Made by a program: the position numbers and the translations under genes. 29,198 nt of DNA, taken from Candidatus Helarchaeota ASGARD archaeon Hel_GB_B. Lineage in GTDB: Archaea; Asgardarchaeota; Lokiarchaeia; Helarchaeales; HEL-GB-B. Position 1 is the stretch's first letter, and each line of letters opens with the position of its first letter. The stretch spans positions 1 through 29,198 of the forward strand of contig SUPR01000038.1 of NCBI GenBank assembly GCA_005191425.1, in the 5' to 3' direction. Shown in pieces: positions 19,280 to 27,666 of this stretch. The notes below the pieces were generated by a model that was not told the DNA's origin, did no database searches, and was given only the letters and a program-made list of their open reading frames with translations.

Positions 19280-20032
19280 ATGATCCAAAATCTCTTAATA
19301 TTAAAAAAATCTGGTGAAAATATTTACCATAAAGCATTTGGCCACTTTGACATGGACGAAACAGTTATGTCCGGCTTTTTTTCAGCTTTTTTTGTTTTTT
19401 CGCAGGCATTATGTGGCACTGATATAAATACAATGGAATTAGGGACTAAATTCAAAATTGTATTTGATAAAGCAATACATAAAAATAATGAAATAATTTT
19501 CGCAGCAATTTGTGATGTTTCTGATAGTATTATTAATGTTCACAAGACATTGGAATCTATTAAAAATTATATTATCTTCAAATATGGTGAGAAAATAAAT
19601 AAAGTTGGTTGCGATTTAAAATGTTATAATGACCTCGATTCTTTTATTGAAAAAATCATATATACCTCCCAAGAACTTGACATTGATAGAGAACTTTATA
19701 AAAAGGCTAAAGAAATTTTAAAAGATCTTGATGCCAATGATGAAATATTAGACAGCGCCCTAATTTCGTCAACCGGTGTTACATCTTCCACTGATAAAGA
19801 TAAGGAATTTTTAAATTTAATGATTAAACAGATGGATGCTTTTTTTAAATTAACCAAAAGAGTTCTTGATCAAATAATTTTAAAATTTCAAAATAGATAT
19901 ATTATTTTATATCATATAAATGAAAATTTAATTATCTCTTCTTTAACTAAAAAGAATGTTCAAATTGGTATAGCTACTCTTTTAGTTGAAGAAGCTGCAA
20001 GTAAAATCGCTAAAATCTACAATAAACATTAA
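19280..20032 (+). CDS. Longin-domain (N-terminal) plus roadblock-domain (C-terminal) fusion protein
   Basis: MIQNLLILKKSGENIY...MSGFFSAFFVFSQAL...IIFAAICD is a longin-like pattern; ILDSALISSTG...DQIILK...IILYHINENLIISSLTKKNVQIG is a roadblock-like pattern. Confidence 0.75.
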   Translation: MIQNLLILKKSGENIYHKAFGHFDMDETVMSGFFSAFFVFSQALCGTDINTMELGTKFKIVFDKAIHKNNEIIFAAICDVSDSIINVHKTLESIKNYIIFKYGEKINKVGCDLKCYNDLDSFIEKIIYTSQELDIDRELYKKAKEILKDLDANDEILDSALISSTGVTSSTDKDKEFLNLMIKQMDAFFKLTKRVLDQIILKFQNRYIILYHINENLIISSLTKKNVQIGIATLLVEEAASKIAKIYNKH

Positions 20033-20056
20033 AAACTAATATTTTGTGATATTATA

Positions 20057-20473
20057 ATGGGTTTAATTTCTAGATTAAAAGAATTTTTCACGGGAAAACC
20101 TATCGAAACATTTCAGGAATTAGAAAAAGATATGAATAAACTGTATAAAAAATGTAATTGTAGTTTAATTGCTTTTGTAGGTGTAGCTTCTAAAATTAAA
20201 GGTTTACCTCTTATTTATTCGGCTGATAATGAGAATAATGTCCGATTATTTTCCGCTAAATTGCCTCTAATAATTAATCCATTGAAAAATTTTCAAGAAA
20301 CCAAGCCTATTGATTCTATTAAAATTAATTACAATAATGAATTTATTTATTTAAAACCGATATTAGATAACATTGCTTTTATTGCGATGTACAATCAAAA
20401 ATCTGATTTTTTGACGATTAATCAATGGTTAGACAATAATTTTTCTATTTTATTAAATCTTTTTAAAAAATAA
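20057..20473 (+). CDS. Roadblock/profilin-like fold protein with N-terminal amphipathic helix
   Basis: MGLISRLKEFF start; SLIAFVG...GLPL...IDSIKINY...IYLKPILDNIAFIAM strand/helix order resembles roadblock; last gene of a tight operon. Confidence 0.55.
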   Translation: MGLISRLKEFFTGKPIETFQELEKDMNKLYKKCNCSLIAFVGVASKIKGLPLIYSADNENNVRLFSAKLPLIINPLKNFQETKPIDSIKINYNNEFIYLKPILDNIAFIAMYNQKSDFLTINQWLDNNFSILLNLFKK

Positions 20474-21427
20474 ATTAGTTTTACCTATAATTGGATAATA
20501 TCTTTTTATTTTATAATTTCCATCCTTTTTTAAAATTACATCTATGCCCATATTAAACTTTTTACTGTTTAATTCTAATGAATACCAAAAAATATCTGTC
20601 CAATTATCTTGTTTCCCCTTTATTTTGCAAACTATATAATCTAATCTATTAAAAGTCTTTTTAACTCCTTTTAATTCATATGAATATGCAATCATTTCAT
20701 CTTCCGAATTTAAAGGAGGATTTACTTCATATAATGGTAATTTAAAAGATTTTTCACTTGATAAATGCCTAGTAATTATATTGTAATTTCTCCATTTTAA
20801 TAATTTATATTTCTCATTTCCACTTACCAAATATTTAACATCTATTATTTTAAAGGTGATTCTAGAAAAAGTCGGTAGTGTTTCTTTTTTAAATTTAATA
20901 GTTACAATCAATTTTAATATAATATGTATTAAAAAGTAACTTACAAAAACAATTGAAATTAATGTACAAAGATAATAAAATGCCACAAAATTTGCTGTAA
21001 TATAAAAATAATATAAATAAATTAATGATGGTATACTGATAAATATTGTAGCTGGGTCAACACCATAGATTATATTTAATTTTATATGCTTTTTTACAAT
21101 GGGATATAATGAATATGTCCCATAATTTGTTAAAGTATCACAAAAAATATGCAGTAAAGACCCTGTAAGCCCTGCAATTAATATTAAAGCATAATTCAAT
21201 TTTGTCAAAAACATAAATACGAAAGCAACTATTGCTGTATAAACAATTGCTATTGGTATTGCGTGGACAATTCCTCTATGTTCGAAAATTGGAAATTTCA
21301 AACCCAGTGGATATATAAGTATATCTAAATCTACAAACATAGCCATAAATCCAGCAATAAATGCTAACCTTAAGTCATATTTAGCAAATATTAAAAACCC
21401 TATTATAATATGGCTAAAAGTATCCAT
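20453..21427 (-). CDS. YdjM-like membrane-bound metal-dependent hydrolase
   Basis: MDTFSH, DLD, EHRGIVH, LLHIFCD..TNYG motifs; several TM helices; overlaps the convergent gene by 21 nt. Confidence 0.88.
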   Translation of the reverse strand: MDTFSHIIIGFLIFAKYDLRLAFIAGFMAMFVDLDILIYPLGLKFPIFEHRGIVHAIPIAIVYTAIVAFVFMFLTKLNYALILIAGLTGSLLHIFCDTLTNYGTYSLYPIVKKHIKLNIIYGVDPATIFISIPSLIYLYYFYITANFVAFYYLCTLISIVFVSYFLIHIILKLIVTIKFKKETLPTFSRITFKIIDVKYLVSGNEKYKLLKWRNYNIITRHLSSEKSFKLPLYEVNPPLNSEDEMIAYSYELKGVKKTFNRLDYIVCKIKGKQDNWTDIFWYSLELNSKKFNMGIDVILKKDGNYKIKRYYPIIGKTNLFFKKI

Positions 21428-21467
21428 ATTTATAACCTAAATATGAAAATGAATTGGTAATATATTT

Positions 21468-22100
21468 TTATTGGTTTTTCTCTTTTATCCACTTTTTACA
21501 TAATTCTTTTGCATCAAATGGATTTATTGCAAAACCATCTGCCCCAATTTGTTCTGCGAATTCTTTAGAAAGCGGCCTCCCTCCGACAATCACTTTGACC
21601 TTGTCCCTTAGGCCTACCTCTTTTAAAGCATCTATAACTTCCTTCATATAACTCATAGTATTGGTTAATAAAGTTGACATTGCAAGAATATCTGCATTAT
21701 GCTTTTTAATTGCTTCAATAAATTGTTCAGCTGTTACTTCAACACCCAAATCATATACAATAAAACCTGCCCCAATTAAAAAGGCAGAAACTATTGTTTT
21801 ACCGATATCATGGACATCTCCTTTAACAGTTCCAAATACCACAGTACCTTTTATTCCTGATTTCTCTTTGTTTAACCTTGGCAATATCATTTCAATACCT
21901 TTTTTGGCAGCTTCTCCTGATAAAATTAGTTCCGATAGAAAATATTCCCTATTTTCATAAAGTTCTCCAACTTTATCAAGTCCTTCGCTTATCGCATCAA
22001 TTATCTTCCCTATTTCTATGTTATTATCTAAAGCCTCATTAACAGCTTCCTCAATACCGTCTCCAAAATCAATAATTATCTTCTTTATTTTTTCTAACAT
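21468..22100 (-). CDS. Corrinoid (B12-binding) protein, MtbC/MttC-like
   Basis: GTVKGDVHDIGK (DxHxxG), LGVEV, STLLT, VIVGG, GADG; N-terminal cap domain. Start moved to ATG 22100 (MLEK) because of an upstream GGAGA RBS. Confidence 0.92.
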   Translation of the reverse strand: MLEKIKKIIIDFGDGIEEAVNEALDNNIEIGKIIDAISEGLDKVGELYENREYFLSELILSGEAAKKGIEMILPRLNKEKSGIKGTVVFGTVKGDVHDIGKTIVSAFLIGAGFIVYDLGVEVTAEQFIEAIKKHNADILAMSTLLTNTMSYMKEVIDALKEVGLRDKVKVIVGGRPLSKEFAEQIGADGFAINPFDAKELCKKWIKEKNQ

Positions 22101-22604
22101 ATATTCAATCTCCGTTTTCTTGGAAATTAAAATAATTTTTATATTAAAAAAATGTTCCTTTTTTAATTTAATATGTTGTCTATTCAATAAATTATGAATT
22201 TCTTGCTCATTGTGTTTAACATTTCCAAATTAACAAATAAAATTTTATGCTCTTATGTTTTTATTCAAGGTAATATTATATTATTTTTTAAATATTGTGG
22301 AAATCTCTTTTAATATTAACTCACAAATATAATATTCATTTTCATTTATTCTAAACTATACTATATTTTACTATTACTATCTTTTTAAAACACCTTTTTT
22401 CTTAAAATATAGATATTTTCATTAGATTATCTATTATTTTTCTCCATTCTGTAAAAAATTGAAAAGATTTCAAGAAAATCAATTTTTTTAATTTTAATTA
22501 CAAAATAAATTAATTTAGGCAATTTAGTATAGGTTGAACTGATTTTTAAAAAAAATTTCATTTTAATTATTCGTATAGCCCGTTTTAAATAAAAATTGTA
22601 TATT

Positions 22605-22627
22605 TAATTTGCTATAAATGTGAATTA
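22605..22627. repeat. 23-bp direct repeat, copy 1 (TAATTTGCTATAAATGTGAATTA)
   Basis: 22/23 identical to 25514-25536; includes the permease stop codon. Confidence 0.75.
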
Positions 22628-23548
22628 GTCTATCACGTCCATAAGACTTAAACGTGAAATAGATAAGATCAACATGACCACCGAAAAACAGATTAAGAAG
22701 ATAAGACTAATTAATGCGTCAATTGATATTGCAAAATTATAATTAAACATTGATGTTAGGCTAAACAACTGACCGTTAGTCCTCATTGATATAATGTTGA
22801 ATCGGCCTATTCCATTTATTAAATTTGTGTAATAAAAGTCAAGCCTTAAACAACATAAAATCATAACTAAAATTCCATACCAAATGATAGAATTTCCTTG
22901 ACCCATTGCTGTGTATAAATTCATTTGTATCGTCAATATAACGATCCCGTAGATCATTAGAGGATAAAATAAGAAATAAATAACCGCAAACGCAATTGTT
23001 GCACCCTGTTTCTTAAAAATTGACGCAAGACATGCCGCTAATGCGAACGAACTTATGATCGAAATTATTGGGAGAAATATTGTGGGTAAAATAATGTCCA
23101 TTTCATAATGGAAAATGTTAATACCAAATAAAATTGAATAAATGATTGAATATACTATTACTGATGCTGCAATTATTATAAATGCTAACGCAAGAAATGA
23201 TATAAGCTTAGAAACTATCAGATCTCCCCTATTAATTGGTTTACTATATATAATTTTAACTCTTACTCCATATCCAATTACGCTCTTTGCACCATAAATT
23301 CCGGCAAACAGTGGCCCAATTATTCCACCAAAACACACTAAATTAATTTCATAAAGAAAATTCTCAAAGTTTTCAAGTATAACAGTCAAAGTCGAACTTG
23401 TACCAAATCCAAAAATCATAGAGAGATATATTCCAAGCAGGTTAAATAATGGTATCATAAATATGATTAGAAAACCAACTAATACTTTTACTATTTTAAA
23501 TGAATCTTTTAAATCATATCCTAATATATTCAATATTTTAATTTTCAT
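22625..23548 (-). CDS. ABC-2 type transporter permease
   Basis: Six or more TM helices, SKPINRGDLIVSKL loop motif, overlaps the ATPase gene. Confidence 0.88.
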   Translation of the reverse strand: MKIKILNILGYDLKDSFKIVKVLVGFLIIFMIPLFNLLGIYLSMIFGFGTSSTLTVILENFENFLYEINLVCFGGIIGPLFAGIYGAKSVIGYGVRVKIIYSKPINRGDLIVSKLISFLALAFIIIAASVIVYSIIYSILFGINIFHYEMDIILPTIFLPIISIISSFALAACLASIFKKQGATIAFAVIYFLFYPLMIYGIVILTIQMNLYTAMGQGNSIIWYGILVMILCCLRLDFYYTNLINGIGRFNIISMRTNGQLFSLTSMFNYNFAISIDALISLIFLICFSVVMLILSISRLSLMDVID

Positions 23549-24491
23549 TTGATGATTCCTCGTCTACAACTAATTTTTTAAATATTTCCTCTAAAGTTAA
23601 TTGTACCGTTTCAAAATGATACAACTTAATATTATTCTCTGATACTATTCGGGAAATATTCTTAAAAATAAATTCTGGATTATCGCATTCAAAAGTTATA
23701 TAATCTTCTTGATCGTTTGTAATAGTCAACTCAATTTCCTCAGATAATTTATCAAATAATAAATTTTGATCTGAAACTTTAATTTTAAATAAATTTTTTG
23801 CCAATTTTTGAGATAATTTGTTAATTTTACCTGAAGCTACAATTTGACCTTCGTTCATTATCGCAACATTATTGCAAACGCGTTCTACTTCTGGGAGAAT
23901 GTGTGAGCAATAAATAAATGATTTTCCTAACTTAACTAATTCTTTTATTTTGTCCAAGATTTCAGAGCGTCCTATAGGGTCCATATTAGAGGTAGGTTCA
24001 TCAAAAAAATACAATTCAGCATCTCTGTTAATTAAAGCTCCTGCAAGCCCTAACCTTTGTCGCATTCCTCCTGAAAACTTAGCTGCTGGCTTGTCCTTCC
24101 ATTCATTTAACCCAACAAATTTCAAAATTTCATCAACATCGTTTTTTAGTTCACTTTTTGATATCCCATATAACCTTCCTATAAGCATCAAAAACTTTCT
24201 GGCTGTTAGATTCAAAAGAATAAAATTTCTTTCAGGTAAAAATCCAATTTTTTGCCTTATTTCTATTCCATCCTTGTAATAATCAAGTCCACCAAACATT
24301 TTTATTGTACCATAGTGGGGTTTTAAAAGACCAGCTAAGATCGATATCGTAGTTGTTTTTCCAGCTCCATTTGGGCCAAGCAACCCAAAAGCTCCCCTCT
24401 TGATTTTAATGGACACATCCTTTAAAGCACAAAAATTACCGTAATATCTAAATAAATGTTCTAATTCTATTATATTATCCTGACCCTTCAA
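23538..24491 (-). CDS. ABC transporter ATP-binding protein (ABC-2/DrrA-like)
   Basis: Walker A GPNGAGKTT, signature FSGGMRQR, Walker B FFDEPT, H-loop CSH, LEEIF tail. Confidence 0.96.
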   Translation of the reverse strand: MKGQDNIIELEHLFRYYGNFCALKDVSIKIKRGAFGLLGPNGAGKTTTISILAGLLKPHYGTIKMFGGLDYYKDGIEIRQKIGFLPERNFILLNLTARKFLMLIGRLYGISKSELKNDVDEILKFVGLNEWKDKPAAKFSGGMRQRLGLAGALINRDAELYFFDEPTSNMDPIGRSEILDKIKELVKLGKSFIYCSHILPEVERVCNNVAIMNEGQIVASGKINKLSQKLAKNLFKIKVSDQNLLFDKLSEEIELTITNDQEDYITFECDNPEFIFKNISRIVSENNIKLYHFETVQLTLEEIFKKLVVDEESSNEN

Positions 24492-24493
24492 TT

Positions 24494-25483
24494 CTAAACC
24501 CCCTTCTTAAATTTTTTTGCTTTCTTAGATAAATATTCCTCAATTTCTTTATTTTTCCCCTGCCTTGGCTTGTATAATCTTTTATAAGTTATGAATATAA
24601 TGGTTATGACTATTACACTTGAAATAATTATTACATAAAGATAATTTGGAATCGCTACTGGAATAGTTATATTAGTATTTGTCAATACTATCTGAGTTGA
24701 GGACTCAGTTATCGTTTCTTTCTCTGTATTATTTCCAAATTGGACCGTATTCTTTGTATTGTAGTAATAATATCGCTCTATTAAAATTCCTGTTAAACAA
24801 TTCCAATAAAAATCATCATACTCTATTGAATTAATCCCAAATTGTTTATTATTCTTTAATGACCTAAATACGTTTCCTGTAAATGTAAATCTCATTCTAT
24901 ATACATTTATCAAATATGACCTTCCTAAAGGATTGTAAAATTTTTGGAACGCGTCTAAGAATTTTAAATTAAGAACGCCAACGCCATTTGTGTAAAAGTA
25001 GAAATTATTAATAGAATCCCAAGAATAACCTAAAATGTATAAAGTAATGTATTTAGGGAGTATATTATTTTTTAATAATGCATATATCTCAGTATACTTC
25101 GTAGAATTTATTTTATCCGGAATTTTCTTACCTATAGTCGTATTTCCTAAATGATAAATTGTACTACTACCATTATATACTGTTAAATTTCCAAAAATAC
25201 TCTCTTTTGTAATATTCAATACAAAAAGTTTGACCTTTAAATTATATGAAATCATTTTCTCACTAGAATTAATAAGCGTTTGTGTAGTAGTCCAATTATT
25301 TACCGAATTTACTCTATAAAATGAAATTATTGTTTTATTCTGAAAAATAAAATTATATGTTAAAAAATCCCCGCTTTTTACGGAATAATTCCAATTTCCT
25401 TTTACTATCGGTACCATTATTATGGTATTAAAAAATATTAATGTTAAAACTCCAATTAGAAAGTAGCGCTTGTCCATCAACAT
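24494..25483 (-). CDS. Secreted, C-terminally membrane-anchored putative glycoprotein
   Basis: N-terminal signal-like helix, C-terminal TM helix plus basic tail, 11 N-x-S/T sequons. Confidence 0.8.
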   Translation of the reverse strand: MLMDKRYFLIGVLTLIFFNTIIMVPIVKGNWNYSVKSGDFLTYNFIFQNKTIISFYRVNSVNNWTTTQTLINSSEKMISYNLKVKLFVLNITKESIFGNLTVYNGSSTIYHLGNTTIGKKIPDKINSTKYTEIYALLKNNILPKYITLYILGYSWDSINNFYFYTNGVGVLNLKFLDAFQKFYNPLGRSYLINVYRMRFTFTGNVFRSLKNNKQFGINSIEYDDFYWNCLTGILIERYYYYNTKNTVQFGNNTEKETITESSTQIVLTNTNITIPVAIPNYLYVIIISSVIVITIIFITYKRLYKPRQGKNKEIEEYLSKKAKKFKKGV

Positions 25484-25513
25484 TTAAACCCAATTTTTTT
25501 GTAATAAATACTA

Positions 25514-25536
25514 TAATTTGCTATAAATTTGAATTA
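25514..25536. repeat. 23-bp direct repeat, copy 2 (TAATTTGCTATAAATTTGAATTA); contains a probable TATA box for the minus-strand cassette
   Basis: 22/23 identical to 22605-22627; minus-strand TTTATA about 40 nt upstream of ATG 25483. Confidence 0.75.
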
Positions 25537-26014
25537 TTAAAGGTTGTCATAATTTTTCAGATAATTTTTTAAATTTAGAAAATATTTTTTTGCTCAAATC
25601 TTTTTCATCTTTTTAAAGATATGCAAGAAAAAAAAAATAAATTAAAATAATGATAATTAGAATAATTTAATTAAAACCGGTGAGATCTTTTATAAATAAT
25701 TTAATAATTTTATATTATATCTAAGAATTCTCTTAATTTTAACTTGAATATCCAAACTTAGCTTTTCTTTTCTTTATAGATTATAGTTAATTAATCTTTA
25801 ACATTATCTATGCATTAACTAACCCTTTTTTATTATATCTACATACAATAAGTCTATCAGTCTTAAACTCAAATTCTCTTATCATCATTCTCATAAAATT
25901 TAAAAGGTTATATGTTACTTTAAAGGCAAAATTCAGCGTCCTATTATTAATTTTATAAATATTTTTTTGACTTAAATGTAAAATTTAAAAATTTAATCTT
26001 AAATAAAAAAGAAA

Positions 26015-26767
26015 TTAAATTAATAAAAACAAAAAATATATCATTAAGAGATTACCTACCAAAATCCCAGCTCTTTTATGGACATTTTTTGGTGTAATTT
26101 GTTTTCTAAACAAAAATAAAATTCCAATTGGTATTGTGATTAATGGTAATAAGTATAAATCGAATAATAAAAACGTCCCTACCAAGCAAAAAATAATTGA
26201 TATGAATGAAAAAATAAGAATTACAAATCTTGATAATTTTATTTGGTATTTTCTAAATGCCTCTTGATCCGAAATTTCGTGAATTATTTGACCTGCTATT
26301 GAAAACATAAAAACTCCTAAAATTATGTTAATCTGTCCGAAAAATGTTGGTTCTGATATATTTGGAATTTTTACCATTAAATATGGAAAAACTATGTAGG
26401 AAAACACGAGGACAAATTTGTTTATAATTGCATATTTTTTAATTTTAAAGCAATATAAAACAACTAAAATTGCACTTGTAAAGAAAAATATCAAATTTAA
26501 TATGTTATAAATAAATGATTCTAACATTAATAAAAATCCGAATAAAAAAGAAATTAAAAAAAAGGCAATTAATTGGTTTTTCGAGAATTCTAAAGACCTA
26601 TCTTGGTCCTTAATATCATTTAAAAGGTTTCCACAAATTCCAAAAAATATCCATCCCCCAATAAATTTTATATAATTGATAATTTCTAAATTGTTGATAT
26701 AGATTGCTAAAAGGATCGAAGTCAAAACAGAAAACAAATATTCTAATCTTAATGTTTTAAGGATCAT
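26015..26767 (-). CDS. UbiA prenyltransferase family protein
   Basis: N-terminal KTLR, first Asp-rich motif NLLNDIKDQD, degenerate second motif HEISDQE, about 8 TM helices. Confidence 0.8.
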   Translation of the reverse strand: MILKTLRLEYLFSVLTSILLAIYINNLEIINYIKFIGGWIFFGICGNLLNDIKDQDRSLEFSKNQLIAFFLISFLFGFLLMLESFIYNILNLIFFFTSAILVVLYCFKIKKYAIINKFVLVFSYIVFPYLMVKIPNISEPTFFGQINIILGVFMFSIAGQIIHEISDQEAFRKYQIKLSRFVILIFSFISIIFCLVGTFLLFDLYLLPLITIPIGILFLFRKQITPKNVHKRAGILVGNLLMIYFLFLLI

Positions 26768-27459
26768 TTTATTTCATTATTATTTTTTCTCTGCCCTGCT
26801 TTTGTTTATCAACAAAAATTTTATAATTTATACAATTAATAAATGCTCTTTTTTATAAAAAAAGTTATGAATTTAAGGGCGGTCATAAAATTCGAATAAA
26901 ATAACAAATAATTTGATAATATCATCGTCTTATTTTCTTATCCAGAATTTCTATAATCATAATAATAAATTTTCAATGAAATTACAACTAGACCTTATGT
27001 ATTGAGCAACAACATTAATTTGGCCCCCAAAAAATTTGATTTAATAGAGTATGACCAATAAGATTATTGAACTATCTAAAATATTAATAAATCTGAAATT
27101 TAAAATGAGAGACCGATTTATTATTCTTATTAAATTTTTATATATTTCAATTATCCTTATGATTTTATGTGTTATAATAAAATTAAACAACAAAATTGGG
27201 GGCATAAATAAGGTTTCGAATTTTCCTTAACAGTTCTTTATTTATTAAACTAATTTTTTCTAAAAATCTTACAATTATAAACAAATTTAATTTTTCAATC
27301 AATGTAGAATTTATTACAATAAAATATTTACAAATAGGATTAAAATTTATATAATTCATATTATTAATTTTAAAATAATTTCATGAAAAATATAAAATAA
27401 CATCGGAGGAATATAAAATTCCAAAATTATATGAAGATCAAGAAAAAGGGAAATATTTA

Positions 27460-27666
27460 ATGCTACAATTTGAAAAGTGCACAGGTTGTGGCTTATGTAT
27501 CGAAGTTTGCCCTACTAAAGTACTAGAAAAAGGCGATAAACTGAACACTAAAGTAGCCTATCCACCTAAGATTGTCGATGGAAAAGAATGTAAGTTCTGT
27601 CAAGAGTGTGAATTGATTTGTCCTGATCTATCAATTTATGTAATAGAGGTTGGTAAAAATGATTAA
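27460..27666 (+). CDS. korD: 2[4Fe-4S] ferredoxin, delta subunit of 2-oxoacid:ferredoxin oxidoreductase
   Basis: CTGCGLCIEVCP and CKFCQECELICPD; overlaps the alpha subunit gene. Confidence 0.88.
   Translation: MLQFEKCTGCGLCIEVCPTKVLEKGDKLNTKVAYPPKIVDGKECKFCQECELICPDLSIYVIEVGKND

Noticed and set aside
22101-22187. N-terminal 29-aa extension of the corrinoid ORF in the track
   Set aside because: Low-complexity AT-rich translation; a good RBS precedes ATG 22100.
1813-24279. Short ORFs nested in or antisense to long genes (1813, 2877, 2887, 4022, 5907, 6026, 10064, 10754, 11644, 12427, 15452, 16435, 17730, 18403, 21454, 21661, 23950)
   Set aside because: Shadow ORFs overlapping well-supported CDS, with no motifs of their own.
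27023-27203. GCCCCCAA / TTGGGGGC inverted pair about 170 nt apart, and similar TGGNCCC(C)AA strings near 6497 and 13201
   Set aside because: Only 8 bp, with no intervening structure; insufficient support for a shared motif.
27051-27230. 59-aa + strand ORF (MTNKIIELSK...) with one hydrophobic stretch
   Set aside because: The I/L/F/K composition is what AT-rich non-coding DNA yields; weak RBS and no motif. Would need Ribo-seq or homologues.
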